Part shown: in pieces, positions 28,017 to 38,891 of the stretch
Layout of the letters: every line of letters begins with the position of its first letter
Numbering within the stretch: the stretch's first letter is position 1
Assembly (NCBI GenBank): GCA_037146775.1
Contig: JBAWWL010000006.1
Coordinates: forward strand, 79,120 to 143,119
From: Candidatus Omnitrophota bacterium
GTDB lineage: Bacteria; Omnitrophota; Gorgyraeia; Duberdicusellales; 4484-171
Direction: 5' to 3'
Length of the DNA stretch: 64,000 nucleotides
Notes under the pieces: generated by a model
What the model saw: the letters and a program-made list of their open reading frames with translations, nothing else
Told to the model about the DNA's origin: nothing
The model's database searches: none
Position numbers and translations under genes: made by a program

Positions 28017-29051
28017 CTACGCTGCTGCCAGTAAAGCTTTAATACTTTCAGTCTGACAAATTTCGTTGACTTTTGATTTGATTTTTATATTTAAATCGTG
28101 CTTGAGCTCATTTATTGCCGCTCGTATGGCATTTTTAACCGCCAGGTCATTTGAGCGGCCATGACCGATGATAACCACGCCGTCTACCCCTAAAAGCGGC
28201 GCACCGCCGTACTCCGCATAATCAAGTAACCTTTTAAATTTGCGCAAACTCCTCTTGATTAAAAATAAACCAAACAGGCCAAGAGGATCTTTTTTGATGG
28301 TATCAAAAAGAAGCCTACCCATAGCCTCCGCGCAACCCTCGGTAACCTTTAGGGCAACGTTTCCAACATAACCGTCAGAGATAATACAGTCACATTTACC
28401 CGTAAAAATATCCTTTGCTTCTAAATTACCGATAAAATTAACCGGCGATGCAGCAAACAACTTGTGCGTATATTTAACAAAATCAGGCCCCTTGGTTTCT
28501 TCCTCTCCAATATTAAGCAGCCCTACCGTAGGATTTTCCTTGTGCAATACAGAGCTATAGTACACCGAGGCCATAATACCATATTGAAAAAGATGCAGCG
28601 GCTTAGGGTCAATGTTTGCGCCCACGTCAATAACCAAAGAAACTCCTGCGCGTGTAGGCAGCAGTAAACCAATACCGGGACGCTCCACTCCTTCGATGAG
28701 GCCTAAGGTGAGCGTCGAAGCACATACTCCGGCGCCGGTATTTCCACAGGAAACTAACGCATCAATTTTGCGTTCTTTCAAAAGATTAGCTCCCACCACA
28801 AGAGAAGAATTCTTTTTCCTGCGTATCGAGGTAGCCGGAGATTCGCCCATGCCGATTTTTTCGGGAGCATTCACGACGGTAAATTTTTTTAAATCCGCCT
28901 TATGTATACGCGCCTGGGCTTCAATTTCTTCTTGTACACCAATAAGCACTATTTCTTCATCGAATTCCTGCTGTGCAAGCAAGGCTCCCTTAAATATCTC
29001 CTGGGGTGCATGGTCTCCTCCTGAGACATCCAATCCGATCCGATATTTCAT
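28017..29051 (-). CDS. plsX: Phosphate acyltransferase
   Basis: GGDHAP, GNTGA, DVGAN, GNVALK and HGRS motifs. Confidence 0.97.
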   Translation of the reverse strand: MKYRIGLDVSGGDHAPQEIFKGALLAQQEFDEEIVLIGVQEEIEAQARIHKADLKKFTVVNAPEKIGMGESPATSIRRKKNSSLVVGANLLKERKIDALVSCGNTGAGVCASTLTLGLIEGVERPGIGLLLPTRAGVSLVIDVGANIDPKPLHLFQYGIMASVYYSSVLHKENPTVGLLNIGEEETKGPDFVKYTHKLFAASPVNFIGNLEAKDIFTGKCDCIISDGYVGNVALKVTEGCAEAMGRLLFDTIKKDPLGLFGLFLIKRSLRKFKRLLDYAEYGGAPLLGVDGVVIIGHGRSNDLAVKNAIRAAINELKHDLNIKIKSKVNEICQTESIKALLAAA

Positions 29052-29251
29052 CTTTGCTCCTTCCTTTTCTCTTTTAATTCAATCTTGATTATTTCTTTGC
29101 CGGCATAATAACCACAGAAAGGGCACACCATATGAGCGGGTTTCAGTTTACGACATTGCTTGCATACTACCAAAAGCGGCACTGCCAGTTTTTGATGCGT
29201 TCGATGTTTTCGAGAGCGAGATTTCGAATGTTTTCGTTTAGGAAGAGCCAT
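29048..29251 (-). CDS. rpmF: 50S ribosomal protein L32 (Zn-ribbon form)
   Basis: MALPKRKHSKSR, CxxC...CxxCG. Confidence 0.97.
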   Translation of the reverse strand: MALPKRKHSKSRSRKHRTHQKLAVPLLVVCKQCRKLKPAHMVCPFCGYYAGKEIIKIELKEKRKEQR

Positions 29252-29298
29252 AAAACCTCCTTTTGGTTATATTCGATATACTATGCTGAAATTATTTC

Positions 29299-29709
29299 TT
29301 ACGCACTACACCTACATTGCTCAAAGTTTAAATTTACTTTACAGCCAGGACATAACCCTTTACACTCCGTGCTGCAAAGCACTTTCATGGGAAAATTAAG
29401 CAATATCTCTTCGCGAATATCCTTGTCAATCTCAAGATACTTTCCTAAATGATGTACGTTGTAGTTCAATGTAAATTCTTGCGTTGTAGTTTGTCTTTTT
29501 TCTTCCAGACAACGCGAACAACAAATATTCCTGTGTACAGTAACGACTGCCTCAACGATGATTTCTTTATCAAAACGCGCAAAACTGCAAACCAGGTGTA
29601 TAGCGTCAACAAATTTTACGTCAAAACTGTCTAAATCCCACCCTGTAACGGGAATATCTTCTTGTAATGTAAGCGGTTCGCTGTCTATTCGTTCTATCTC
29701 TACCTTCAT
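29299..29709 (-). CDS. DUF177/YceD family protein
   Basis: CSRCL, PMKVLC..CKGLC..C; directly upstream of rpmF. Confidence 0.9.
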   Translation of the reverse strand: MKVEIERIDSEPLTLQEDIPVTGWDLDSFDVKFVDAIHLVCSFARFDKEIIVEAVVTVHRNICCSRCLEEKRQTTTQEFTLNYNVHHLGKYLEIDKDIREEILLNFPMKVLCSTECKGLCPGCKVNLNFEQCRCSA

Positions 29710-29746
29710 ATTACCCCGCGCCCCTATACTACGCTAAGCGCTAATA

Positions 29747-30244
29747 CTATACCTGGGATGTGCCTGCCTGAGGCAACTTTCTCTTAAGCGCCTTCAATAC
29801 ATGTGCCGGCAAAAACTGCTTCAAATCAGCGCCCAGGAAAGCCGCCTCTTTTATCAAACGGGAAGAAATATAGGAATAATACGGGTGAGGCATGAGAAAG
29901 AGTGTTTCGACATCGGAAGCCAGGCTCCGGTTGGTCAAGGCCATCTGAAATTCGTATTCAAAATCAGAGATCATACGCAAGCCCCTGATAATAACTTTGG
30001 CATGATTTATTTTGGCAAACTCTACTACAAGGCCGTTAAACCCCTCAACCGTAATCCCCCTTATCCCCTTAGTTGCTTCTCTAACCATCTCCAACCGCTC
30101 GGAATAGGAAAAAAGGGTGTCCTTAGAGGGATTTTCTACTACGGCAACAATGATTTTCCCAAAAATAAGCGCGGCTCTTTTAATAATATCAATGTGACCG
30201 TTGGTGACCGGGTCGAAAGTCCCTGGGCAAATAGCTTTATTCAC
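29747..30244 (-). CDS. coaD: Phosphopantetheine adenylyltransferase
   Basis: PGTFDPVTNGH, RGLR..SDFEYE. Confidence 0.98.
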   Translation of the reverse strand: MNKAICPGTFDPVTNGHIDIIKRAALIFGKIIVAVVENPSKDTLFSYSERLEMVREATKGIRGITVEGFNGLVVEFAKINHAKVIIRGLRMISDFEYEFQMALTNRSLASDVETLFLMPHPYYSYISSRLIKEAAFLGADLKQFLPAHVLKALKRKLPQAGTSQV

Positions 30245-30800
30245 TGCGAAGAATCTCCTCTTTTCGGTATATCAATAAAAGAGTCTGGCCGTATTTCTTC
30301 TCCACAATAAGCGAAAATCGCTTGCTTTCCTTAAGAAATTCGTCGCGATGATAACAAAAACCTATCACGTAGCCGGAAGGCGTTACTATATCATATTCCT
30401 CCAATGCTTGCAAGATTTTTCTCAGCATTCCCTGATAATAAGGGGGGTCAAGAAAAACAATATCGAAACTACGCCGCTGAACACAGAAATCATGGACCGC
30501 AACATGCGCATCTTTTAAATAAGCTTGGGCATTGGAAGTACTTTTAAGGGCGGTAATATTGGCCCGGATCGCTTCTACGGCTTGATTTTCTTTATCAATA
30601 CATATCAGACTTGCGGCTCCGGACGAAAGGGCCTCCAGCCCCAAAGCACCGGTTCCGGCGAAAAGATCTAAAATATGCTTACCCTCAATTTCGGACCGCA
30701 ACATATCAAAACATGATTTCCTAAGATGGACGGCAACCGGCCTGGTGCCCAGAGAACACACCAAACGCCTGCCTTTGAACTGTCCTTGTATTATTTGCAT
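30237..30800 (-). CDS. rsmD: 16S rRNA m2G966 methyltransferase
   Basis: LDLFAGTGALGLEALS and DPPY motifs; recG-rsmD-coaD context. Confidence 0.93.
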   Translation of the reverse strand: MQIIQGQFKGRRLVCSLGTRPVAVHLRKSCFDMLRSEIEGKHILDLFAGTGALGLEALSSGAASLICIDKENQAVEAIRANITALKSTSNAQAYLKDAHVAVHDFCVQRRSFDIVFLDPPYYQGMLRKILQALEEYDIVTPSGYVIGFCYHRDEFLKESKRFSLIVEKKYGQTLLLIYRKEEILRSE

Positions 30801-30802
30801 AG

Positions 30803-32887
30803 TCAGTTCGTCACACTTTCAGCATGCTGTGGCTGAAATGCTGAAGTTAACACCTCAAGATAATCCTTAATTGAGCGATGTTCAAGCTTTTCTAACGAAT
30901 GATCGTTCTTAATCACCCGGTAAGCGTATAACCGCGCCTGCTTTAATACTTCTAGATCCCGTAAAGGATTGGCTATCTTAAGGTTAGGCAAGCCATGCTG
31001 AAGTTCACCGAAGAAATCACCGGGCCCGCGCAAGCGCAAATCATCTTCCGCGATAAGAAAACCGTCGTTAGTGGAAGAAATGGCCTTAAGCCTCCGGGAA
31101 GCGTTCTCGGAAATATCGTCCGCGCTAATCAGAATAAAATACGGCTGATGCGTTGAACGCTGGATCCTTCCGCGCAGTTGATGCAATTGTGCCAGGCCAA
31201 ACCGTTCGGGATTCTCTACCATCATGACCGTGGCGTTCTCGATATTGACCCCCACCTCAACGATAGTCGTAGCTACCAAGATATGTATTTTTTTCTCCCG
31301 AAACTTTCGGATAGTTTCTTGCTTCTGTTTCGCCGTAAGCTTTCCATGAAACATATCCACCGAAAAATCGCTAAACTGGCGTGAAATATTTACATACATA
31401 GTTTCCAGGGACTGCAAATCCTCATCCTCGCTTTCCTCTATAACAGGATAAATAATATAGGCTTGGCGCCCTTGACGCAGTTGCTGTCCTATAAAACGGT
31501 ATATTTCCGCTCGCTGGCTCTCTTTTATCCACTTTGTTTGGGGAAGAAGCCTGCCTTTAGGTAATTCCCGTATTATCGAAATATCCAGATCGCCGTATAA
31601 CGAAAGCGCTAAGCTTCTCGGAATAGGAGTCGCGCTCATCACCAAACAATGGGGGTTATTTCCTTTCTTGGGTAAAAGCATGCGCTGAGCAACTCCGAAT
31701 TTATGCTGTTCATCGATTACCGCTAAACCTAATCGCTTGAATAAAACATCTTTTTGTATAAGCGCATGCGTTCCGATAACTATGTCGATAGCGCCCGACC
31801 GTAATCCCTCATAGATACGCTCGGCGTCTTTGGCGGCAAACGAAGAAGTTAAAATCTCGATACGAAAGCCTAACCCCGAAAACATTTTTTCCAATGTTTC
31901 TTTATGCTGATACACCAGGATTTCGGTAGGAACCATAAGCGCGGCCTGTAACCCCGAACGCGCACATAAGGCAATCGCAAACGCGGCAACAACGGTTTTG
32001 CCGCAGCCGACGTCGCCCTGCAAGAGCCGATGCATCGGATAAGACTGAGCCGTATCACTGGTAATTTGTCTTATTGCTTCTTCCTGTGAGGCAGTGAGCG
32101 TAAAATCTAAATTACGCCGCAAGACAGATATCATCTCCCGATCGAAGGTAAACGAAGTTGCCTCCTGAAGCCGATGTTTTGCCTTACGCAAATAAACTAA
32201 AATCTGCGAAAAAAACAGTTCTTCAAAAATAAAACGTTCTCTTGAACGCTGGCTATCTTCCCAGGAATTAGGAAAATGCATAGCTTCCAAGCTCCACATG
32301 ATATTAGGAATATCTTTTTCTTTTCGTATATAAAAAGGTATGGGGTCGGCCAAACTGTTGCGCAGCTGTTCAAACGCGCCGCGAACAATTTTACGTATGA
32401 ATTTCTGAGTTAAAGATCCCGCAAGGCTGTAAATACCGACAATCCTGCCCACATCAAGTGAATCTCCTTTGTCGGGACGATAATACTGGCCGAAAACAAT
32501 CCTAAGTTTATTGCGTTTATACGTCGGCTTACCATACACCATAAGTTCTTCGCCAGCCAAGAGTTGGCGGGCGAGATATTCCTGGTTAAACCACATGCAT
32601 TCGACAGCACCAGTTTCGTCCCCCAGCATGATTTCGAATATACTTTTTATTCTTTTTGCGTTAGCAAAACGTGGTATTCTGCTAAGTTTCGCCGCCAGGA
32701 TTTTACCTTTTATTACCGCTGGCTCATTTACCTTTAATTCAGTTATCTTCCTGACGTTGCGCCGGTCTTCATAGCGAAACGGAAAATAATAAAGCATATC
32801 TCTGACCGTATGCACCGACAGTTCGTTAAAAATCGCTTCTTTTTTCGGGCCTACGCCCTTAAGATATCGTATCGAAAGATGATCCAT
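30803..32887 (-). CDS. recG: ATP-dependent DNA helicase RecG
   Basis: QGDVGCGKT, DEQH, SATPIPRS and QLHQLRGR motifs. Confidence 0.98.
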   Translation of the reverse strand: MDHLSIRYLKGVGPKKEAIFNELSVHTVRDMLYYFPFRYEDRRNVRKITELKVNEPAVIKGKILAAKLSRIPRFANAKRIKSIFEIMLGDETGAVECMWFNQEYLARQLLAGEELMVYGKPTYKRNKLRIVFGQYYRPDKGDSLDVGRIVGIYSLAGSLTQKFIRKIVRGAFEQLRNSLADPIPFYIRKEKDIPNIMWSLEAMHFPNSWEDSQRSRERFIFEELFFSQILVYLRKAKHRLQEATSFTFDREMISVLRRNLDFTLTASQEEAIRQITSDTAQSYPMHRLLQGDVGCGKTVVAAFAIALCARSGLQAALMVPTEILVYQHKETLEKMFSGLGFRIEILTSSFAAKDAERIYEGLRSGAIDIVIGTHALIQKDVLFKRLGLAVIDEQHKFGVAQRMLLPKKGNNPHCLVMSATPIPRSLALSLYGDLDISIIRELPKGRLLPQTKWIKESQRAEIYRFIGQQLRQGRQAYIIYPVIEESEDEDLQSLETMYVNISRQFSDFSVDMFHGKLTAKQKQETIRKFREKKIHILVATTIVEVGVNIENATVMMVENPERFGLAQLHQLRGRIQRSTHQPYFILISADDISENASRRLKAISSTNDGFLIAEDDLRLRGPGDFFGELQHGLPNLKIANPLRDLEVLKQARLYAYRVIKNDHSLEKLEHRSIKDYLEVLTSAFQPQHAESVTN

Positions 32888-32899
32888 AAAAGGCTATTG

Positions 32900-33829
32900 T
32901 TACGATATATTTGTATACTGAGCAATGATTTCTCGGTGATCAAAAGCAATATGGCTGGGTAGGTTATCCAACGTAAATACTTGCGCATTTTTTGCATCGC
33001 TTGCAGCCGACAAAACCCCCTCTCCCTTTCCGATAAACACTACAGAAACAGTATGAAAACGGGGATCCCGTCCTGGGTCAGAACGCACCATAAATTGTTT
33101 TACGTCAACAAAAGTAAGGTTGGTTTCTTCCTTGACTTCCCGTACAACCGCGTGCTCAACACTTTCACCATAATCGACAAAACCACCAGGCAAAGCCCAG
33201 CCTAGCGGTGGATTCGTGCGCTCTACCATAACAATCCCCCCTCGATACATCACAATACCGTCAACAGTAAGAAAGGGGCCCTGGCATATCTTCCGAATAA
33301 GATGCTCTAAATAATCGCATACATTTTTATTAAAAATATTAAACGCCTCATCGGAAAATAATACAAAAACTATTTTTTTCAACGTAGGCTGTTCGGTTTC
33401 TTGAAGATAACGAAAAACCTCCTGAGCCATTATTTTGGAGGCCGTTTCATAGGAAAACTTCCCCACCCCACAGCCTAAAGCGCAAAACGAAAGTGAACTA
33501 ATTTTATTCTTTTGCGCAACTAAAAGAGTATTTAATGTTGCTTTCCGAACAATGGCTTCGTTAGTTTTGAAATCCATTTTCATCGTGGCGGCATGAATAA
33601 TATATTTTGCTTTTAATGAGCCTGCACCGGTTAATACTGCCTCTCCCACTTCTACCGGCCCCTGACGCACGGCTTCTTCCTCAATCTGCGCGCCGCCTTT
33701 TTTCTTCAGCGCTCCGGCCACGCCGCCACCCATATAAAACTCGTTATTCGCGGCATTAACTATCGCCTCAGTATCAGCGAGGGTAATATCACCCTTGGTT
33801 ACCATTATTTCAGTATCCTTTATTTTCAT
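32900..33829 (-). CDS. Macro domain-Nudix hydrolase fusion
   Basis: Macro: GDIT, IVNAAN, GGGVAGA. Nudix box: GGFVDYGESVEHAVVREVKEET. Confidence 0.9.
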   Translation of the reverse strand: MKIKDTEIMVTKGDITLADTEAIVNAANNEFYMGGGVAGALKKKGGAQIEEEAVRQGPVEVGEAVLTGAGSLKAKYIIHAATMKMDFKTNEAIVRKATLNTLLVAQKNKISSLSFCALGCGVGKFSYETASKIMAQEVFRYLQETEQPTLKKIVFVLFSDEAFNIFNKNVCDYLEHLIRKICQGPFLTVDGIVMYRGGIVMVERTNPPLGWALPGGFVDYGESVEHAVVREVKEETNLTFVDVKQFMVRSDPGRDPRFHTVSVVFIGKGEGVLSAASDAKNAQVFTLDNLPSHIAFDHREIIAQYTNIS

Positions 33830-33856
33830 TATACCCTCCGCTGCACGATTGCAGTT

Positions 33857-34162
33857 CTATTTCAGCAATGCTTTATTATCTTTGATTGAAATAACTTGCG
33901 CTTTGCGCAAACCAGCAAATTTTACTCCGCATTCTACCATCGTACCGATGGTGATAGCTATAGCGAAAAAAATCAATAGCAACAACAGTATAATTTTCGG
34001 TTTATTTTTTATCTTCCATGCCACCACGATCGAACCTATCAGCCCAAGAGAACTGATACCCATATCGCCCGACAATGAGCTAAAGATAAGACAAGAAAGA
34101 AGAATAAATGTTATACACGACAGAAAAATTATTATCTTCTTCATAAGATATAACCAGAACAA
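33857..34162 (-). CDS. Small hypothetical membrane protein
   Basis: Three hydrophobic segments; fills the gap co-directionally; start uncertain (MKKII likely). Confidence 0.55.
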   Translation of the reverse strand: MFWLYLMKKIIIFLSCITFILLSCLIFSSLSGDMGISSLGLIGSIVVAWKIKNKPKIILLLLLIFFAIAITIGTMVECGVKFAGLRKAQVISIKDNKALLK

Positions 34163-34189
34163 TTTTATCCTGGCACCGTATCCTTGCGA

Positions 34190-35632
34190 TCAACCGCTAA
34201 CTTTTGCCTTTTTAACCAAATCTTTAGCAACTAGATATGCCTGGTTTTTGTTCTTTACCTTTCCTAAAACCTGTTCTTCTTTTATTTTCTTTAATATTTT
34301 TCCTACCAAAGGCGAGGGGGTTATATTGAACTTACGCATCACGTCATAACCATCAACTAGCCGAGGCAGGGGCTTTTTCTTTTTATTCGTAAAATAACCA
34401 TTCATCAACCCAAACATTACTTTTTCATGCCTTTTTCGCTTGTAGGCATTGGTCAGCGGCCCGCGGGTCGCACGCCAATCAGAAAGAGAAAGTACGATCA
34501 CCGCCGCTCCCTCCTCCTCGGTATCCCGGAAAAAATGATAGATCGCGCGCTGTGAAGGCGTTACCTGATCTGCCAGATAACCCGGCCTAAGATGCCAAAA
34601 AGTAAGTTTTTTTAACAGGTCCTTCTCCCGCAAAGAAAGCCGTAAACCTTTCGCCACATGCTCCATCAAATCCCGGCCTATCTTTTCGTGCATATGAAAA
34701 ATAGTTCTTTTACCCTTTTTACGCTTAGCGAGAGGCTTGCCGATATCATGCAAAAGACAAGCTAATTTGATAATCTGAAAACGCCTTCTGCCTTGAGCCA
34801 ACTCTTCCTGCAAATACTCGCGCAACTCTTTATGCTTAACCAATCGCCTGCGGTATAACAGCTCAAACTCCCGCAACGCTTCCAAAGAATGCTGCCACAC
34901 ATCGAGATGATGGTATCCGCCCTGCAAAACTCCCCGGCAACGGCTGACCTGAGGGATAATTTCGTCGATGATCTTAAATTCATCCATGCGCTTTATCGCC
35001 GGGTAGGACGACGACGAGGCAAATATTTTGAAAAGTTCTTCGTTAATACGCTCCCGAGAAACATTTCGCAGGAGATGCTTATGTTTGACCATCGCTTTTT
35101 GCGTATTTTTTTCCAGCCGGCAACCGTAATTTACCATAAACGAAAATCCTCTTAAGATACGCAACGGATCTTCAACAATCACCCTTTCCTGTACAGTACG
35201 TATTATTTTTTTACGCATATCCTTGCGGCCCTGGAAATAATCGATCAAAGGCGCTTGAGACGCATCGAGGGGCAAAGCTAGCGTATTGATGGAAAAGTCG
35301 CGCAGGCTTAAATCTTCGCGGATATCTTTGCCGCGCATACGCGTAAAATCATAGGTATATATTTTTTTGTTGCGTTTCAAAATAACACGAAAGCTACCCT
35401 GGCGTTCATCGAGCACAATATATTTGGAATGTATTTTTTTTGCGAATGCACTGGCAAAAAAACGTGCTTTTTTCTCTACACAAAAATCAAAGTCGCACAA
35501 CTCTTTTGTACGTTTCAGATAAATATCCCGTAAAAATCCCCCTACCAACCACACATGGTTATGTTGTTTTCTGGCCAATGCCGCGATAAGCGAAAAATAA
35601 GGAATTTTTTTAGAAAATAGGCTCTCTTTCAT
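34190..35632 (-). CDS. Class II tRNA nucleotidyltransferase with HD domain, probable CC-adding type
   Basis: VGGFLRD, DFD, loop-less DFTRMRGKDIREDL, RDFSIN, EDPLRILR and LLHDIGK. Confidence 0.85.
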   Translation of the reverse strand: MKESLFSKKIPYFSLIAALARKQHNHVWLVGGFLRDIYLKRTKELCDFDFCVEKKARFFASAFAKKIHSKYIVLDERQGSFRVILKRNKKIYTYDFTRMRGKDIREDLSLRDFSINTLALPLDASQAPLIDYFQGRKDMRKKIIRTVQERVIVEDPLRILRGFSFMVNYGCRLEKNTQKAMVKHKHLLRNVSRERINEELFKIFASSSSYPAIKRMDEFKIIDEIIPQVSRCRGVLQGGYHHLDVWQHSLEALREFELLYRRRLVKHKELREYLQEELAQGRRRFQIIKLACLLHDIGKPLAKRKKGKRTIFHMHEKIGRDLMEHVAKGLRLSLREKDLLKKLTFWHLRPGYLADQVTPSQRAIYHFFRDTEEEGAAVIVLSLSDWRATRGPLTNAYKRKRHEKVMFGLMNGYFTNKKKKPLPRLVDGYDVMRKFNITPSPLVGKILKKIKEEQVLGKVKNKNQAYLVAKDLVKKAKVSG

Positions 35633-35759
35633 AAAAATACCTGTCGTTTTAGCAGCATGATTCTAAGATTTTGCTGCATATGTCATCCCCACATAATACA
35701 TGCATTGCATTATGCGCATAAAATTCTGCCTTCCGGAAAACGTTACGCTGCTTAACGTA

Positions 35760-36161
35760 TTAAATTCCTTCCGATAATTTATTTAATACCATCTCGTCAA
35801 CAAAAAGCGGGGATTTCGTTCGTACCGCCAAAGCGATACTGTCGGAAGGGCGGGCATCCATAATTTTTATACCGTCGACACCTGAAGAAAGGTATAACTT
35901 AGCATGAAACGTATTGTCGATCAATTTATCAATCACTATTTTTTCTAAATGCACGCCATAGGCATCAAGAAAAGCACACATCAAATCATGAGTAAGCGGT
36001 CGAGGCGGAACAAAACCGTTCACCTGCATCCGTATTGCAGCTGCCTCGGCCATTCCGACAACAATAGGCAAATAACGGTTGCCGCCCTTTTCCCTAAGGA
36101 CAACTACCTGTTCCCTTTTTTCTTCGTCGATAATAATACGGGAAATCTCTACTTCAATCAT
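35760..36161 (-). CDS. Bifunctional nuclease family (DUF151)
   Basis: LPIVVGMAEA, RPLTHDL and DARPSDSIALA motifs. Confidence 0.93.
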   Translation of the reverse strand: MIEVEISRIIIDEEKREQVVVLREKGGNRYLPIVVGMAEAAAIRMQVNGFVPPRPLTHDLMCAFLDAYGVHLEKIVIDKLIDNTFHAKLYLSSGVDGIKIMDARPSDSIALAVRTKSPLFVDEMVLNKLSEGI

Positions 36162-36235
36162 TTTTTTCTTGCGATAACAAACAACGGTATTGCATGAAGC
36201 GTTTTGGCAGATGGGGATCGAGCGACCTAAACTAG

Positions 36236-36700
36236 CTATTTGATCTTTTTACCTAAAATGTCGCGCAGCTCTCGCATAAACTGGTTAATATCTTTAAACT
36301 GACGGTACACCGAGGCAAACCGTACATATGCCACATCATCCAGCTTGTATAGCTTCTCAATCACTAATTCCCCGACATGCCGCGATTCCACTTCTTGATC
36401 AAATTTCTTCTGTATTTCTGTTTCAACCTCGCTAGCCAGCTGCTCTATCTTTTCCATGCTCACGGGACGTTTCTGGCACGCATTGCGTAAACCTGATAAT
36501 ATTTTCTCGCGACTGAAAGGCTCTCTCCTGCCATCTTTTTTAATCACCATCAGGGGTGTTTTTTCGATATATTCATAAGTGGTAAAACGCTTGCTGCACT
36601 CAAGACATTCACGCCGGCGCCTCACTGCGGTCGCATCCGCCGTTTCCCGGGAGTCAATGACTTTATCCTCGTTATGGTTACAATACGGACATTTCATCAC
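36236..36700 (-). CDS. nrdR: Transcriptional repressor NrdR
   Basis: CPYC, RRRREC..C.KRFTTYE, ATP cone, AYVRFASVY. Confidence 0.98.
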   Translation of the reverse strand: MMKCPYCNHNEDKVIDSRETADATAVRRRRECLECSKRFTTYEYIEKTPLMVIKKDGRREPFSREKILSGLRNACQKRPVSMEKIEQLASEVETEIQKKFDQEVESRHVGELVIEKLYKLDDVAYVRFASVYRQFKDINQFMRELRDILGKKIK

Positions 36701-37173
36701 GACCTTCCTTTTTTGAATTTACGCATATTTACCTTTGCCTCTTTCAAAAAATCAATAGCCATTTTATCGGGATACTCACCGGAAATAATCACTTCTTTCA
36801 CTCCGGCGTTGATCAGCATTTTTGCGCAAATACTGCACGGTGTATGGGTAATATAAATAATACTTTCTTTCACCGATACGCCGTGGCGCGCCGCCTGCAA
36901 CAATACATTCTGCTCGGCATGTAACCCTCTGCACATTTCGTGCCGCTGACCCGAAGGGATATTAAGCGTCTGGCGCACACATCCCCCTTCGGCACAATGC
37001 GCAATGCCGGTAGGCGCACCGTTATAGCCGGTAGCAAGGATCTGTTTGTCTTTCACCAAGACCGCGCCTACCTTACGACGCAGGCAGGTAGAACGCTCGC
37101 TCACCAAGAAAGCGGCCCGTATGAAATATTCGTCCCAGGTTGGTCTCTTATTATTCTTGGCCATATTATACAA
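36697..37173 (-). CDS. dCMP deaminase family protein
   Basis: [22 protein letters not shown] and PC..C motifs. Confidence 0.92.
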   Translation of the reverse strand: MYNMAKNNKRPTWDEYFIRAAFLVSERSTCLRRKVGAVLVKDKQILATGYNGAPTGIAHCAEGGCVRQTLNIPSGQRHEMCRGLHAEQNVLLQAARHGVSVKESIIYITHTPCSICAKMLINAGVKEVIISGEYPDKMAIDFLKEAKVNMRKFKKGRS

Positions 37174-38419
37174 CCTTTATGTCGGCGTAAAGCGGAAAAC
37201 GATTCGTAAATTCTAAAACCTTATTCTGTAGTTTCGCAAGCGCAGCCTGATCTTCTGCGTTCATTAACGCCTCGTCAATGAAACCGGCGATAAGATCCAT
37301 GTCCTGCTCCTTCATGCCCCGAGTAGTGATAGCCGGAGTACCGATGCGAATACCGCTGGCGACTGCCGGAGGTTTAGGATCGTAGGGGATCAGATTCTTG
37401 TTAACGGTAATATTGACATTTCCCAGTACCAGGGTCGCAAGTTTTCCGGTAACATTTTTAGCCCGTAAATCGACCAGGAAAAGATGCGTATCCGTCCCCC
37501 CGGAAACAATACGATATCCTTTCTTTTGCATGCACTCGGCAAAATGCCGGGCATTACACATAACTTGTTTTTGATATACTTTAAAATTATCCTGTAAAGC
37601 CAAACCGAAAGCAACCGCCTTCGCCGCAATCACATGCATAAGAGGCCCGCCTTGAGTTCCGGGGAATACTGCGGTATCTATTTTTTTAGCAAACTCATTG
37701 CGGCAAAGAATAAAACCAGAACGCGGGCCGCGTAATGTTTTGTGCGTGGTAGACGTCACAAATTCGGCCACATCGCACGGGTTAGGATATAACTTTGCCG
37801 CCACCAAACCGGCAAAATGCGCCATATCGACCAAAAGATAAGCTCCGACCTTGTCGGCAATCGCTCGGAATTTTTTAAAATCAATGGTCCTTGGATAAGC
37901 GCTCGCTCCGGCGATAATCATCTTCGGCTTATGAGTAAGCGCCAATGTTTCTATCTCATTGTAATCGAGAGACTCCGTTTCTTTATTTACTCCATATGCA
38001 ACGATATGATAAAATCTACCGCTAAAGTTTAAAGGATGGCCGTGAGAAAGGTGACCGCCGCAAGCCAAATCCATAGCCAAAATCGTATCGTTCGGTTCCA
38101 ACACCGCCATCATTACCGCCATGTTCGCCTGGGTACCCGAATGAGGCTGCACATTAGCATGCTCACAACCAAACAATTGCTTTACGCGATCCCGAGCCAA
38201 ATCTTCTGCTTCATCGACAAACTCGCACCCGCCGTACCAGCGGGCCTTAGGATATCCTTCGGCATATTTATTCGTCAAAACCGTTCCCTGAGCTTCCATA
38301 ACCGCCAATGAAGCAAAATTTTCGCTGGCAATAAGTTCAATATGTGCACGCTGTCTCGTGAGTTCCTTAAGCATGCTGGCGTAAACCTGAGGATCAACCC
38401 GTTTTAATTCTTCAAACAT
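37166..38419 (-). CDS. glyA: Serine hydroxymethyltransferase
   Basis: [14 protein letters not shown] and [10 protein letters not shown] motifs. Confidence 0.98.
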   Translation of the reverse strand: MFEELKRVDPQVYASMLKELTRQRAHIELIASENFASLAVMEAQGTVLTNKYAEGYPKARWYGGCEFVDEAEDLARDRVKQLFGCEHANVQPHSGTQANMAVMMAVLEPNDTILAMDLACGGHLSHGHPLNFSGRFYHIVAYGVNKETESLDYNEIETLALTHKPKMIIAGASAYPRTIDFKKFRAIADKVGAYLLVDMAHFAGLVAAKLYPNPCDVAEFVTSTTHKTLRGPRSGFILCRNEFAKKIDTAVFPGTQGGPLMHVIAAKAVAFGLALQDNFKVYQKQVMCNARHFAECMQKKGYRIVSGGTDTHLFLVDLRAKNVTGKLATLVLGNVNITVNKNLIPYDPKPPAVASGIRIGTPAITTRGMKEQDMDLIAGFIDEALMNAEDQAALAKLQNKVLEFTNRFPLYADIKVV

Positions 38420-38861
38420 TTTCTTTCTCCTCTATTTCTTTTATTTTATTAAGCCTGCGTATATGCCTTCCCCCCTCAAACGATGTTTTAAGCCATGCCG
38501 CGACTATCCGTTTAACCTCTTCTTTCGTTACGAGATACGCCGGCAATACCAGAACGTTGGCATCATTATGCATCCTCGATAAAGTCGCGCTCTTAACATT
38601 CGACACGAGTGCCGCACGCACACCCTTAACCTTGTTGGCGGCTATCGCGCTTCCTACGCCGGTATAACAGATAAGAATGGCCCGGTCAGCCTCATTGTTA
38701 CGCACCGCAACCGATGCGGGATACATATAATCTGGATAATCACAGGAATCAAGCGAATAGGTACCGAAATCGTTCACCACATAACCGCGCGAAGCCAAAA
38801 ATTGTGCTAAAAAGTTTTTGAGCTTAAAACCGCGATGGTCACTTGCTAACGCTATCTTCAT
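38412..38861 (-). CDS. rpiB: Ribose-5-phosphate isomerase B
   Basis: SDHRG, DYPD, C.TG.G, HNDAN and GGRH motifs. Confidence 0.95.
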   Translation of the reverse strand: MKIALASDHRGFKLKNFLAQFLASRGYVVNDFGTYSLDSCDYPDYMYPASVAVRNNEADRAILICYTGVGSAIAANKVKGVRAALVSNVKSATLSRMHNDANVLVLPAYLVTKEEVKRIVAAWLKTSFEGGRHIRRLNKIKEIEEKENV

Positions 38862-38891
38862 ATATTCCTTTCTTTGTACGGTTTCCTAAAT

